From: an uncultured Prevotella sp.
Lineage (GTDB): Bacteria > Bacteroidota > Bacteroidia > Bacteroidales > Bacteroidaceae
Length of the DNA: 64,000 nt
Assembly (NCBI GenBank): GCA_902491375.1
Contig: CABUHE010000004.1
Location: 40,499-104,498 of the forward strand
Reading direction: 5' to 3'
The notes under the pieces are model-generated. The model was not told the DNA's origin. It saw nothing but the letters and a program-made list of their open reading frames with translations, and ran no database searches. A program made the translations under genes and the position numbers. Shown here piece by piece: positions 10,979 to 24,517 of this stretch (position 1 is the first letter of the stretch; every line of letters begins with the position of its first letter).

Positions 10979-12346
10979 ATGGAAAAGAAAAAGAACAGCT
11001 TGAAAAGCACTATTGCAGTTTCGCTGACCAACTATCTTGACGCCGGCGCAATCGTTGCAGGAGCCAGCGGACTTACACTCTGGCAGCAATACTTAGGACT
11101 GACCGAAGGCCACCTCGGCCTGCTCAACGCCATAAGCGCAAACTGTCTAGGCGCGGCTATCGGTGCGATAATAGGCGGATTTCTCGCCGACAAATACGGA
11201 CGAAAGGCTATCTACACATACAACATGCTGGTGTACATGCTCGGTGTGGCTCTTGTCATGTTCTCAATAAACTTCCCCATGCTGCTGGCAGGTTTCCTCG
11301 TAACAGGCATATCGGTAGGCGTAGGTGTTCCGGCATCGTGGACTTATATATCTGAAAGCTCTGAAGTAGGCAACCGCGGCCGCAACATCGGCATCTCGCA
11401 GATGGCATGGGGAATCGGTCCTACCATAATACTTATACTCGGCACGCTGCTTGCACCGCCTACAAGCGGAGCTGACAGCGCAGGACTGCTGTTCGCTCCA
11501 GTGGTCGAGACACTTGCCGGAATGATACTTGGAGAAGGTGCAGACGGCGTAGCTCTCAATGTGTTCAGCAGCCGCATAGTGTTCGCCTCGCTGTTCGTTG
11601 TGGCGTTCATAGCATGGCTTTTGCAGCGACGTCTTGACGAGTCAGAAGAATGGAAGGCAGAGAAAGCAAGACAGAACAGCAGCAACGGCAGCGTGTTCTC
11701 ATCTTTCGGCTCACTCTTCACCAACAAAGTGAACATCCGCACGATAATTTTCCTCGCCGGAATATACCTTACATGGAATCTTGTAAGCTCTGTTATGGGC
11801 TTCTTCCAGCAGCACATTTACGAGACGGCAGGCGGTCTGTCAAACCAGCACGCCAACATGCTCTCGGTTGCCCAGTGGGTGATTATAATCATAACCACCT
11901 TTATCTTCTCTATGATTGTTGACAAGGTTAACCAGCGTTGGCTGTATTTCTTCGGCGTAGGTATGGGCGTGGTTGCATGGATTATAATAGTAACCATCGG
12001 CGTAAACAGCATAGCCGGCCTGCTGTTCTTCACCCTTATATGGGGCATACAGGCCGGAATATCCGTGCAGTCGTTCTACGCATTGTGGGCATCAGAGCTG
12101 TTCCCGGCAAAATACAGGGCTGCCGCACAGGGCATAATGTTCTTCATAGTGCGTGGCGTATCAGCCCTCTGGGGACTGGGCTTCGTATACATTTACGGTG
12201 AAAACGGCGAAGGTTTCACACTCGCCGCATACATAATGATGGGCCTGCTGCTCATCTCTCTGATTATCGGAACTGTATGGACTCCGAAGACACAGGGCAA
12301 AACTCTTGAACAAATAACAAAAGAAAGATATGGCGACAACATCTAA
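10979..12346 (+). CDS. MFS sugar transporter (IolF-like)
   Basis: About 12 hydrophobic segments, motif A GFLADKYGRK, ELFPAKYRA, C-terminal PKTQGKTLEQI. Confidence 0.9.
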   Translation: MEKKKNSLKSTIAVSLTNYLDAGAIVAGASGLTLWQQYLGLTEGHLGLLNAISANCLGAAIGAIIGGFLADKYGRKAIYTYNMLVYMLGVALVMFSINFPMLLAGFLVTGISVGVGVPASWTYISESSEVGNRGRNIGISQMAWGIGPTIILILGTLLAPPTSGADSAGLLFAPVVETLAGMILGEGADGVALNVFSSRIVFASLFVVAFIAWLLQRRLDESEEWKAEKARQNSSNGSVFSSFGSLFTNKVNIRTIIFLAGIYLTWNLVSSVMGFFQQHIYETAGGLSNQHANMLSVAQWVIIIITTFIFSMIVDKVNQRWLYFFGVGMGVVAWIIIVTIGVNSIAGLLFFTLIWGIQAGISVQSFYALWASELFPAKYRAAAQGIMFFIVRGVSALWGLGFVYIYGENGEGFTLAAYIMMGLLLISLIIGTVWTPKTQGKTLEQITKERYGDNI

Positions 12347-14417
12347 AGCAACATGGATATGGTATCCGGGCGACTACGAAATATGGCTTGGCAATAAAAT
12401 GAACAACCGCCGAACTGACCGTGGCGCATACTTTCCTCCGTTCTGGAAACAGGACAGCCATTACGTTACAGTTGAGTTCAGCAAGGCGGTAGAGCTGCCT
12501 GCCGATGAGACTCTGACCGTAGCCACCGAAGGAGACTACAACATAAAGATTGACGGTAAAATGCTGTTCGGCATGCCTAAACAGTTCACACTGAAAGCCG
12601 GCAGCCACCACATAAACATCAAAGTACACAACCAGGCCACTCCGCCGGCACTTTATGTCAGCGGAAAGACCGTATTCACCGACCAGACATGGAACGTAAC
12701 GTTTGAAGATAAAGAATGGATTGACGAGAGCGGCAAGGCAAGCGACACATCGTCGACAGTCTATATGTCGGCCGGATGCTGGAACTTTGACAGCAAAGAC
12801 GAACTTCCGTCTGAATTCAGACTGTGCCGCAGACGCGACAAAGCGGCAAGCCACGACGGCAATCTGTATGACTTCGGCCGCGAGACATTCGGCTACGCCA
12901 TACTCAACAGAATAAAAGGCAACGGCACAATCGACATTTACTACGGTGAAAGTAAGGAAGAAGCCTGCGACAAGGAGCACTGCGAGACTCTCGACAAGCT
13001 CGTTGTATGCAACGGAAAAATAACCGACCTTGCAACCGGAAAGACCGAAGACCTTACGTCAGCCTACACCATGGGCAACAGTAAAGCATTCAGATTCATA
13101 TACATAGAAACTGACGGATGTACCGTTGAAGACATCTGCATGGACTACGAATACATGCCCGAAGAGCTGAAAGGCTCGTTCAGATGTAACGATGATGAGC
13201 TTAACCGTATTTGGGAAATAGGCGCATACACCATGCAGCTTACATCACGCGAGTTCTTCATCGACGGCATAAAGCGCGACCGCTGGGTGTGGAGCGGCGA
13301 CGCATCGCAGAGCTACCTGATGAACTATTACCTTTTCAATGACAACGAAATGGTAAAACGCACCACATGGCTGCTCGCAGGCAAGGCTCCGATAACAAGC
13401 CACATCAACACCATCATGGACTACACCTTTTACTGGTTCAACTCCATTTACGACTACTATCTGTACAGCGGCGACCGCCACTTCCTAACACAAATCTATC
13501 CTACCATGCAGACCTACATGGACTACGTGCTCGGAAGAACCGACAGCGACGGAATGGTTGAAGGACTGCCGGGCGACTGGGTATTCGTTGACTGGGCCGA
13601 CAAACCTATGGACAAGCAAGGACAGCTGGCATTTGAGCAGATTCTTTTCAGGAAATCTCTTGAGTCGATAGCCACTGTTGCGCGCCTTGTTGACGATGCT
13701 GAAAGTGCAGACAAATATCAGAAACTGGCTGACAGCATCGGTGAGAAGCTGCTGCCATACTTCTGGAACGACAGCAAAAAAGCACTTATGCACAACCGCA
13801 AGAATGGAGTAATGAGCGATGAGGTGTTCCGTTACCCGAACATGTTCGCCATAATATACGGTTATCTTGACAAAGAAAAGCAAGAGACTGTCAAGAATTC
13901 AGTAATACTTAACGATGAGGTAATAAAGATAACAACACCTTACATGCGCTTCTATGAACTAGAAGCCCTGTGCATGCTTGGCGAACAAGACCAGGTGATG
14001 AAGGAAATGAAAGACTATTGGGGCGGCATGCTGAAAGAAGGAGCTACATCGTTCTGGGAAAAATATAACCCTGACGAACACGGAAAAGAAAAACTGGCAA
14101 TGTACGGACGTCCTTACGGCAAGAGCCTTTGCCACGCATGGGGAGCAAGTCCTATTTACCTGCTCGGACGATATTATCTTGGAGTTGAACCCACAAAACC
14201 TGGTTACGAAGAGTACACTGTGCGTCCTTATTTAGGAGGACTTGACTGGATGGAGGGCAATGTCCCCACTCCATTCGGCAAAGTCTACGTGAAAATGGAC
14301 AAAAATACCGTTACCGTAAAGAGTGACGGAGGCAGAGGAACGCTCATTTTAGGCGATAAGAATAGCCCTAAACAAATAGAAATAGAACCAGGAAAAGAAA
14401 TAACTATAAACTTATGA
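12330..14417 (+). CDS. GH78 alpha-L-rhamnosidase without a signal peptide (BT1001-like)
   Basis: YDFGRE, DGIKRDRWVWSGD, GATSFWE, SLCHAWG. The N-terminus MATTSKATWIWY has no hydrophobic signal. Confidence 0.9.
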   Translation: MATTSKATWIWYPGDYEIWLGNKMNNRRTDRGAYFPPFWKQDSHYVTVEFSKAVELPADETLTVATEGDYNIKIDGKMLFGMPKQFTLKAGSHHINIKVHNQATPPALYVSGKTVFTDQTWNVTFEDKEWIDESGKASDTSSTVYMSAGCWNFDSKDELPSEFRLCRRRDKAASHDGNLYDFGRETFGYAILNRIKGNGTIDIYYGESKEEACDKEHCETLDKLVVCNGKITDLATGKTEDLTSAYTMGNSKAFRFIYIETDGCTVEDICMDYEYMPEELKGSFRCNDDELNRIWEIGAYTMQLTSREFFIDGIKRDRWVWSGDASQSYLMNYYLFNDNEMVKRTTWLLAGKAPITSHINTIMDYTFYWFNSIYDYYLYSGDRHFLTQIYPTMQTYMDYVLGRTDSDGMVEGLPGDWVFVDWADKPMDKQGQLAFEQILFRKSLESIATVARLVDDAESADKYQKLADSIGEKLLPYFWNDSKKALMHNRKNGVMSDEVFRYPNMFAIIYGYLDKEKQETVKNSVILNDEVIKITTPYMRFYELEALCMLGEQDQVMKEMKDYWGGMLKEGATSFWEKYNPDEHGKEKLAMYGRPYGKSLCHAWGASPIYLLGRYYLGVEPTKPGYEEYTVRPYLGGLDWMEGNVPTPFGKVYVKMDKNTVTVKSDGGRGTLILGDKNSPKQIEIEPGKEITINL

Positions 14418-17056
14418 AAACAGCAAAAACCATACTGCTTTCAGGCTTGGCTTTAACTCTGGCAAGCTGTGGCTGCACAGTCACCAAGGTTACAAGCGAG
14501 GAAGGAATACCGCAGACAGAATATGCGGCATCACTTGTAAGCAATTATATTCCTTCAATGCAGAAGGGATATAAAATCAACATACAGGTTGCTGACAATA
14601 ATGAAGGCCTGACACAGGAAGGATTTACCATAACAAGAAAAGGCAAGAAGATAAACGTAATCGGCAACGATGCGTCAGGTGCAATCTACGGAACAAACCG
14701 TCTGATTGAATTTTTCAACCAGTACGGCAATCTGGAAACGCCCGAGATTATTGTCGACACGCCTGAAATGAAGATACGCGGTGCCTGTGTAGGCCTGCAA
14801 AAGACCGTATATCTGCCCGGGCACAAGGTTTACGAATACCCTTACACACCTGAAAACTTCCCATGGTTTTACGACAAAGAGCTGTGGATAAAGTATCTTG
14901 ACATGCTCGCTGCTGACAATATGAATGCTGTTTTCCTATGGAACGGACATCCGTTTGCGTCACTCGTCAAACTTGACGATTACCCCTTCGCTGTTGAAGT
15001 AGATGACGCAACAATGAAGAAGAATCAGGAAATGTTCTCATTCCTCACCACCGAGGCGCAAAAACGCGGCATCCGCATTATCCAGATGTTCTATAATATA
15101 ATTGTGTCAAAGCCATTCGCCGACCACTATGGCATTGTTACGCAAGACCGCAACAGGCCGATAACTCCGCTGATAAGCGACTATACGCGCAAGAGTATCG
15201 CCGCTTTCGTGCAGAAATATCCTAACGTTGGCTTCCTTGTATGCCTTGGCGAAGCTATGGCAACTATCGATGACGACGTTGAATGGATGACAAAAACAAT
15301 CATTCCGGGTATAAAGGATGGTCTGAAAGCATCTGGACGAACTGACGAACCGCCAATTATCCTCCGTTCACACGATACTGACGGTCCGCGTGTGCTTAAA
15401 GAATCGCTGCCACTCTACAAGAATATCTACACCATGACGAAGTATAACGGCGAATCACTCACGACGTATGAGCCGGGCGGACCATGGGGCGAGACTCAGA
15501 AACAGCTAAGCAGCGTTGCCCCGATACACATCAGCAACGTCCACATTCTGGCAAATCTTGAGCCGTGGCGATGGAGTTCGCCTACCTTTACACAGAAAGC
15601 CGTACAGGCAATGCACCGCGTACACGGAGCAAACGGACTTCATCTGTATCCTCAGGCAAGCTATTGGGACTGGCCGTACACGGCAGACAAGCTTCCAGGT
15701 GGTAAACGTCTGCTTCAGATTGACCGCGACTGGATGTGGTATGCGGCATGGGGACGCTATTCATGGAACTGCCATCGTGGCAACGATCTTTCATATTGGG
15801 CAAAACGTTTGGCTGACTATTACGGCACAGACACTCTTACTGCTCACCGCATAATTAAAGCATACGACGAGAGCGGAGAAATTGCGCCAAAACTGTTGAG
15901 ACGTTTCGGAATCACAGAAGGTAACCGACAGACTCTTCTTCTCGGCATGAAGGTCAGCCAGCTGGTTAACCCTTATAAGTACACTGTTTACGAAGAGTTC
16001 TACCAAAGCTGCGGTCCTAAGGGAGAGAAACTTATTGAATACGTTGAAAAAGAGTGGAAACACGAGAAACATTCAGGTGAACTTCCTCTTGACATTGTAG
16101 ACCAATGCGTTGCACATGGCGACAAGGCAGTGGCTGCTATCAGCGGAATAAGCAACAAAATAACAAAGAACAAAGATGAGTTCAACCGTCTTGTGAACGA
16201 CATTAACTGCTATAAAGACTTTGCATATTCGTTCAAATACAAGGTTTTGGCAGCCCAACAGGCTCTCAACTACAAGTGGAGCAAGGACATTAACTATCTG
16301 AAAAAGGCTGTGCCGCTGCTCGAAAAGAGCAACTCCTACTACATGCAACTTGTCAACAAGACAAAAGACACATATCTGTACGCAAACAGTATGCAAACTT
16401 CCCAGCGCAGAATACCTGTCGGAGGAGACGACGGCAAGTTCAAAACTTGGGAGGAAATGGTACCAGTATACGAAGAAGAGCTGGCGAGTCTTAAATCAAA
16501 CATCAAGATGCTTGAATCACCTCAGCAAGACAACGGCAGCAAAGAGAAACTCGTAAAAGCCAAAAACGCAAAGGTAAAGCTTATCAGCAACTACAAGAGA
16601 GTTAAACTTGCGAAAGGCGCAAAACTGTTTGAGAACCGCGATGAAGCTATCGACTCGCTTGCACCTGAACTCGAAGGACTTGAAGCATTGGTGCTTAACC
16701 GCGACACAACACGTATTGTCGGCGGCACTGTTGAATTCGAAACAGACAAGCCTGTGAAGATGCTTGTAGGCTTCTTCATAGATGATCAGAACAAATTTGC
16801 TAGTCCTCCGAAACTTGAGACAGATGCAACAGGCAACGAGTTCGGACAGGCTGAGCCAGTAATCAGCAACGCAATAAGCATGTCAAACATGCCGATTGTA
16901 AACATCCATGCCTATCATCTGAAGCCAGGTCACCACATAATACGTCTGCCCAAAGGCATAATCATGGTTGCCGGATTTACCGACTCGAACCTGAAAATAA
17001 GGGATGCCAGACTCAATGGACTAAGCAACGAAGTTGACTGGTTGTTCATGAAATAA
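14414..17056 (+). CDS. GH138-like alpha-galacturonidase (BT0997-like), possible lipoprotein
   Basis: Lipobox-like LASC, GH20/GH115-type N-domain (EGFTI...GNDASGAIYG), WNGHPF, NGLHLYP, and position in the locus. Confidence 0.7.
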   Translation: MKTAKTILLSGLALTLASCGCTVTKVTSEEGIPQTEYAASLVSNYIPSMQKGYKINIQVADNNEGLTQEGFTITRKGKKINVIGNDASGAIYGTNRLIEFFNQYGNLETPEIIVDTPEMKIRGACVGLQKTVYLPGHKVYEYPYTPENFPWFYDKELWIKYLDMLAADNMNAVFLWNGHPFASLVKLDDYPFAVEVDDATMKKNQEMFSFLTTEAQKRGIRIIQMFYNIIVSKPFADHYGIVTQDRNRPITPLISDYTRKSIAAFVQKYPNVGFLVCLGEAMATIDDDVEWMTKTIIPGIKDGLKASGRTDEPPIILRSHDTDGPRVLKESLPLYKNIYTMTKYNGESLTTYEPGGPWGETQKQLSSVAPIHISNVHILANLEPWRWSSPTFTQKAVQAMHRVHGANGLHLYPQASYWDWPYTADKLPGGKRLLQIDRDWMWYAAWGRYSWNCHRGNDLSYWAKRLADYYGTDTLTAHRIIKAYDESGEIAPKLLRRFGITEGNRQTLLLGMKVSQLVNPYKYTVYEEFYQSCGPKGEKLIEYVEKEWKHEKHSGELPLDIVDQCVAHGDKAVAAISGISNKITKNKDEFNRLVNDINCYKDFAYSFKYKVLAAQQALNYKWSKDINYLKKAVPLLEKSNSYYMQLVNKTKDTYLYANSMQTSQRRIPVGGDDGKFKTWEEMVPVYEEELASLKSNIKMLESPQQDNGSKEKLVKAKNAKVKLISNYKRVKLAKGAKLFENRDEAIDSLAPELEGLEALVLNRDTTRIVGGTVEFETDKPVKMLVGFFIDDQNKFASPPKLETDATGNEFGQAEPVISNAISMSNMPIVNIHAYHLKPGHHIIRLPKGIIMVAGFTDSNLKIRDARLNGLSNEVDWLFMK

Positions 17057-17065
17057 AGAAAGAAA

Positions 17066-20000
17066 ATGATAAAGAACATCATATTCATATTGCTTCTGCT
17101 TATATCTGCTGACACACAGGCACAAAGCAGACGCAACCGGCGTGCCCAGGCAAAGGCTGCTGTACCGACAGTAGTCAGCCAGAATGAGATGCGCAGGGTA
17201 TATGAAAAAGTAAGAACTCCATACAAATACGGTCTTGTTGTCGCTCCTGAGAGCAACAGTATGAAGTTTGACTGCCCCACGGTGTTCCGCGAAGGCGACA
17301 CATGGTACATGACTTACGTGTGCTACAACGGTTCAAACGGCACTAACGGACGCGGCTATGAGACTTGGCTCGCAAAAAGTCAAGACCTTCTCCATTGGGA
17401 AAAACTGGGACGAATCCTGGCCTTCAGTAAAGAAGGCTGGGACATGAACCAGCGTGGCGGTTTCCCTGCTCTTATCGATTATGAATGGGGCGGCAGCTAC
17501 AACATCCAAAAGTATAAGGACCGTTATTGGATGACTTACATCGGCGGAGCCGGCACTGGCTATGAGGCAGTAAACTCACCGTTGAGTATCGGACTTGCTT
17601 CGACAGAAGGAGATGTAACCAAAGCTCACCTGTGGGAAACCTACAAGAAACCTATTCTGTCGTACAACGACAAGAACGCACAATGGTGGGAACAGCTGAC
17701 TCAGTATAAAAGTACGGTCTACATGGTAGATAAAGAGAAGTTCGGCTACCAGTTTATGATGTTCTATAACGCCGGAGGAAAAGACGAGACACATCCAAAA
17801 GGCGAACGCATCGGCATCGCATTCTCAAACGATATGAGAAAATGGCGACGCTATAAGGACAATCCTATCTTCGCACACGACAGCGACGGCACAATAACAG
17901 GCGACGCACAAATAGTCAAGATGGGAAAACTCTACATAATGTTCTATTTCTCTGCGTTCAACCCTACACGCGAATACAACGCATTCAACACCTTTGCAGC
18001 CAGCTACGACATGATACATTGGACCGACTGGCAGGGCGAAGACCTCATTTATCCGTCAAAGCCTTATGACGAGATGTTCGCCCATAAGAGCTGCGTAATA
18101 TACCATAACGGAGTCGTTTACCACTTCTATTGCGCTGTAAACAACAACGAACAGCGAGGCATTGCAGTAGCAACAAGCCAGCCGATGGGCAAAAGTGAGG
18201 TTAACTTTCCACGCCCAAACTCCACCGGCAAACGCTTCATTGCATCGCTGAACGATAAATGGGAAATAACATTCGACCGCAAAACATTTATTAAGGACAT
18301 ACCCTTCAACCTTGACGACTACTACGGAGCCTTGCAGAAAATGCACGGGAACCTGCACGGACGGGCCGTATTCAAAAAGAAATTCACCGTGCCCAACATG
18401 GCCGGCAAGCAATATTTCATCCGCTTTGAAGGTGTAGGAACCTATGCGGAAGTATTCCTGAACGGCAAGCGCCTCGGTCGGTACGACATCGGACGAACTA
18501 CCAAGACCGTCGACATAACCAACAGCGTCCGCAAAGGAGGCGAAAACGAGCTTGAAGTAAGGGTATCACACCCCAAGGGAATTACCGACATGCCGTGGGT
18601 ATGTGGCGGTTGCAGCTCTGAATGGGGATTCAGTGAAGGCTCACAGCCGTTCGGCATCTACCGTCCGGTAGTTCTCGAAGTAACCGACAGAACAAGAATA
18701 GAGCCGTTCGGAACTCACATCTGGAACAACGCAGCCGCTGACAGTCTGTTTATTGAAACAGAGATAAAGAACTATGGACAGACGCCCGACACAATCAGCG
18801 TAATCAGCAAAATATGCGACAAAAGCGGAAAACAGATAATCCGACTGACTGAAAACATCACACTGGAAGCAGGCGAAACCAAGACCCTAAGACAGGCAAC
18901 TGATATAAAAGACGCACACAGATGGAGCACCGACGACCCTTATCTGTACACGCTTAACTCCATACTGAAACGCTCAGGCAAAGCCACTGACGACCTGGCC
19001 ACACCGTTCGGTGTGCGTACATCAAGCTGGCCGCTCAACAGAAAGGATGGCGACCAACGCTTCTATCTTAACGGCAAGCCTGTGTTCATTAACGGAGTAT
19101 GTGAATACGAGCACGAGTTCGGACAGAGCCACGCATTCTCTGACGAACAGATTGACGCCCGTATAAAAGAAGTGAAAGACGCCGGATTCAATGCTTTCCG
19201 TGACGCTCACCAGCCCCACAACCTGCGATACAAAGACCTTCTCGACAAGGAAGGCATACTCTGGTGGCCGCAGTTCTCTGCCCATATATGGTATGACACG
19301 CCCCAATTCCGTGAAAGTTTCAAGCGACATCTAAGACAATGGGTAAAGGAACGCCGCAACTCACCGTCAATAATAATGTGGGGACTGCAAAACGAAAGCA
19401 CACTCCCGACTGAGTTTGCCCAAGAGTGTACCGACATTATAAAGGAAATGGACCCGATGTGCGCCACAATGCGCCTTGTAACAACATGCAACGGCGGTGA
19501 CGGAACAGACTGGAACGTAGTGCAGAACTGGAGCGGAACGTATGGCGGAAAACTTGAAAACTATGCCAACGAACTGAAAGACACCGACCAGCTGCTCAAC
19601 GGCGAATACGGAGCATGGCGCACCGTGGGCAACCATACAGGCGAAAGATATACAGAAGAGAAATTCTGCGACATTCTCGAACGCAAAGTGCAGCTCGCTG
19701 AAAGCGTGAAAGACAGCGTATGCGGACAGTTCCAATGGATTCTGCAAAGCCACGACAACCCCGGACGCCGTCAGCCTGACGAAGGACTAAGACGCATAGA
19801 CAAAGTAGGGCCTTTCAACCATAAAGGCATCTTCACGGCATGGGAGCAGCCTACGGACGCGCTCTACATGTACAAGTCGCACTACATTTCGCCCGACAAA
19901 GAGCCGATGGTCTACATCGTACCGTTTGACGTCGAGAAATACATACAGAAACAGAAGAATGAGGAAAACAACGTTGTAGACTCATCGCTTGTGAATATAT

Positions 20001-21175
20001 CTGACGAGATACGCGTTTACAGCAACTGCGACTCAGTAGCCCTGCAATGCGGATGGTGGAAAGAGCAGAAGACCGGCGACCCTAACACATCTCTCTACAA
20101 ATGGCGCAACATTGAGCTGAAAGGAGACCTGCTCATCGCAACTGCCTACCGCAACGGCAAGCCCGTAGCCGCCGACACACTGGCAATGCCGTCATTCCGC
20201 ACATGGAACGAGCAGATACTGAAACCTGCAGAAGGCTACTATTATCTGTACAACATCAACTGCGGAGGCGATACATACACCGACATATTCGCTACGGAGT
20301 GGACACAGGACAACACGAAATGGTCACGCTCATGGGGCAACAGATTCCCCAAAGATGTCAGCCCGTATCAGGCCAGCCAGACGTCCAATTCTCTGCTGCC
20401 TGTATCACCACTGTTCCGCACATCGCGCTTCGGCCGTCACGAACTTTCATACTCATTCCCCGTGCGTCCGGGCGACTACCGTGTTGAGCTTTACTTTATA
20501 GAGCCGTGGTATGGCCCTGGGGCAAGCGAGACAACCGACTATGAAGGTCTGCGCCTGTTTGACGTGGCAGTCAACGACAGCACTTACATAAAAGACCTCG
20601 ACGTATGGGCACAGGCACGCTACGCTCATCCTTACAAACGTGTATTAAACGTACACACTGACGGCGAAAGGATAAAGATTGACTTCCCGAAAGTCAATGC
20701 CGGACAAGCCATAATCTCGGCAATAGCAATAGCGTCGAAGGATCCGAACGCAGCTGCCGACTATCCTGTAATAGAGAACGACAGCCTGTGGCGCGGATTC
20801 GATAAAGACATACTCGTACAGATGCCCGACAGTCTGTTGCCTCCTCGCAGCACAAGCGGCATCAGCGTTGACGGTATGATAAAGGACGGCGCAATGACAT
20901 GGAACTTCAACGTAGGAGTGGCAAGCGTCTACGCAATACGCTTCCGCTACTACAACCCTGAGGCTGAAAGGACTCTCCATGTAAAGATTACCGACCTCAA
21001 CGGGGTGGTCTACAAAGAAGACGACATAACATTCGTGCAGACTCCAGAAAAGAAATCAAAAAGACGAAACACGAGCATAACGACAGGCACGCAGATAAAT
21101 GCGGGCAACTATATAGTGACACTCAGCGGCGAGGGCATAGACAAGATGCTCTTCGACAAACTAACCATTGAGTAA
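17066..21175 (+). CDS. Multimodular GH137 propeller + GH2 + malectin-like protein (BT0996-like beta-L-arabinofuranosidase/beta-glucuronidase)
   Basis: N-terminal propeller (DCPTVF, GDAQI), GH2 core (RFEGV, WGLQNE, NGEYG), malectin-like NINCGG...LYFIEP...RLFDV, extra C-terminal beta domain. Confidence 0.8.
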   Translation: MIKNIIFILLLLISADTQAQSRRNRRAQAKAAVPTVVSQNEMRRVYEKVRTPYKYGLVVAPESNSMKFDCPTVFREGDTWYMTYVCYNGSNGTNGRGYETWLAKSQDLLHWEKLGRILAFSKEGWDMNQRGGFPALIDYEWGGSYNIQKYKDRYWMTYIGGAGTGYEAVNSPLSIGLASTEGDVTKAHLWETYKKPILSYNDKNAQWWEQLTQYKSTVYMVDKEKFGYQFMMFYNAGGKDETHPKGERIGIAFSNDMRKWRRYKDNPIFAHDSDGTITGDAQIVKMGKLYIMFYFSAFNPTREYNAFNTFAASYDMIHWTDWQGEDLIYPSKPYDEMFAHKSCVIYHNGVVYHFYCAVNNNEQRGIAVATSQPMGKSEVNFPRPNSTGKRFIASLNDKWEITFDRKTFIKDIPFNLDDYYGALQKMHGNLHGRAVFKKKFTVPNMAGKQYFIRFEGVGTYAEVFLNGKRLGRYDIGRTTKTVDITNSVRKGGENELEVRVSHPKGITDMPWVCGGCSSEWGFSEGSQPFGIYRPVVLEVTDRTRIEPFGTHIWNNAAADSLFIETEIKNYGQTPDTISVISKICDKSGKQIIRLTENITLEAGETKTLRQATDIKDAHRWSTDDPYLYTLNSILKRSGKATDDLATPFGVRTSSWPLNRKDGDQRFYLNGKPVFINGVCEYEHEFGQSHAFSDEQIDARIKEVKDAGFNAFRDAHQPHNLRYKDLLDKEGILWWPQFSAHIWYDTPQFRESFKRHLRQWVKERRNSPSIIMWGLQNESTLPTEFAQECTDIIKEMDPMCATMRLVTTCNGGDGTDWNVVQNWSGTYGGKLENYANELKDTDQLLNGEYGAWRTVGNHTGERYTEEKFCDILERKVQLAESVKDSVCGQFQWILQSHDNPGRRQPDEGLRRIDKVGPFNHKGIFTAWEQPTDALYMYKSHYISPDKEPMVYIVPFDVEKYIQKQKNEENNVVDSSLVNISDEIRVYSNCDSVALQCGWWKEQKTGDPNTSLYKWRNIELKGDLLIATAYRNGKPVAADTLAMPSFRTWNEQILKPAEGYYYLYNINCGGDTYTDIFATEWTQDNTKWSRSWGNRFPKDVSPYQASQTSNSLLPVSPLFRTSRFGRHELSYSFPVRPGDYRVELYFIEPWYGPGASETTDYEGLRLFDVAVNDSTYIKDLDVWAQARYAHPYKRVLNVHTDGERIKIDFPKVNAGQAIISAIAIASKDPNAAADYPVIENDSLWRGFDKDILVQMPDSLLPPRSTSGISVDGMIKDGAMTWNFNVGVASVYAIRFRYYNPEAERTLHVKITDLNGVVYKEDDITFVQTPEKKSKRRNTSITTGTQINAGNYIVTLSGEGIDKMLFDKLTIE

Positions 21176-21198
21176 ACCTCTGATATTCAACGCATTGC

Positions 21199-21286
21199 AA
21201 AAGGCGGTCTTTTATCGTGCAAAAGACCACCTTTCAGCGTATAAAAGACCATCTTTTGCAATGTGAAAGAGTACCTTTTAAAACAC
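21199..21286. repeat. Intergenic 22-bp periodic array, copy 3
   Basis: Units start at 21199, 21221, 21243 and 21265. CTGATATTCAAC lies at 21180. Confidence 0.85.
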
Positions 21287-21333
21287 AGCCTGAAACACGG
21301 CACGACATTAACCTTGGCTTGAAACATTACTAA

Positions 21334-24447
<3,114 letters not shown>

Positions 24448-24517
24448 AGCGGACGCGAGAATGGCGTTCCGCCACACCGCAAAACAATATCCACCGAACT
24501 AATAAATACATAAATAT

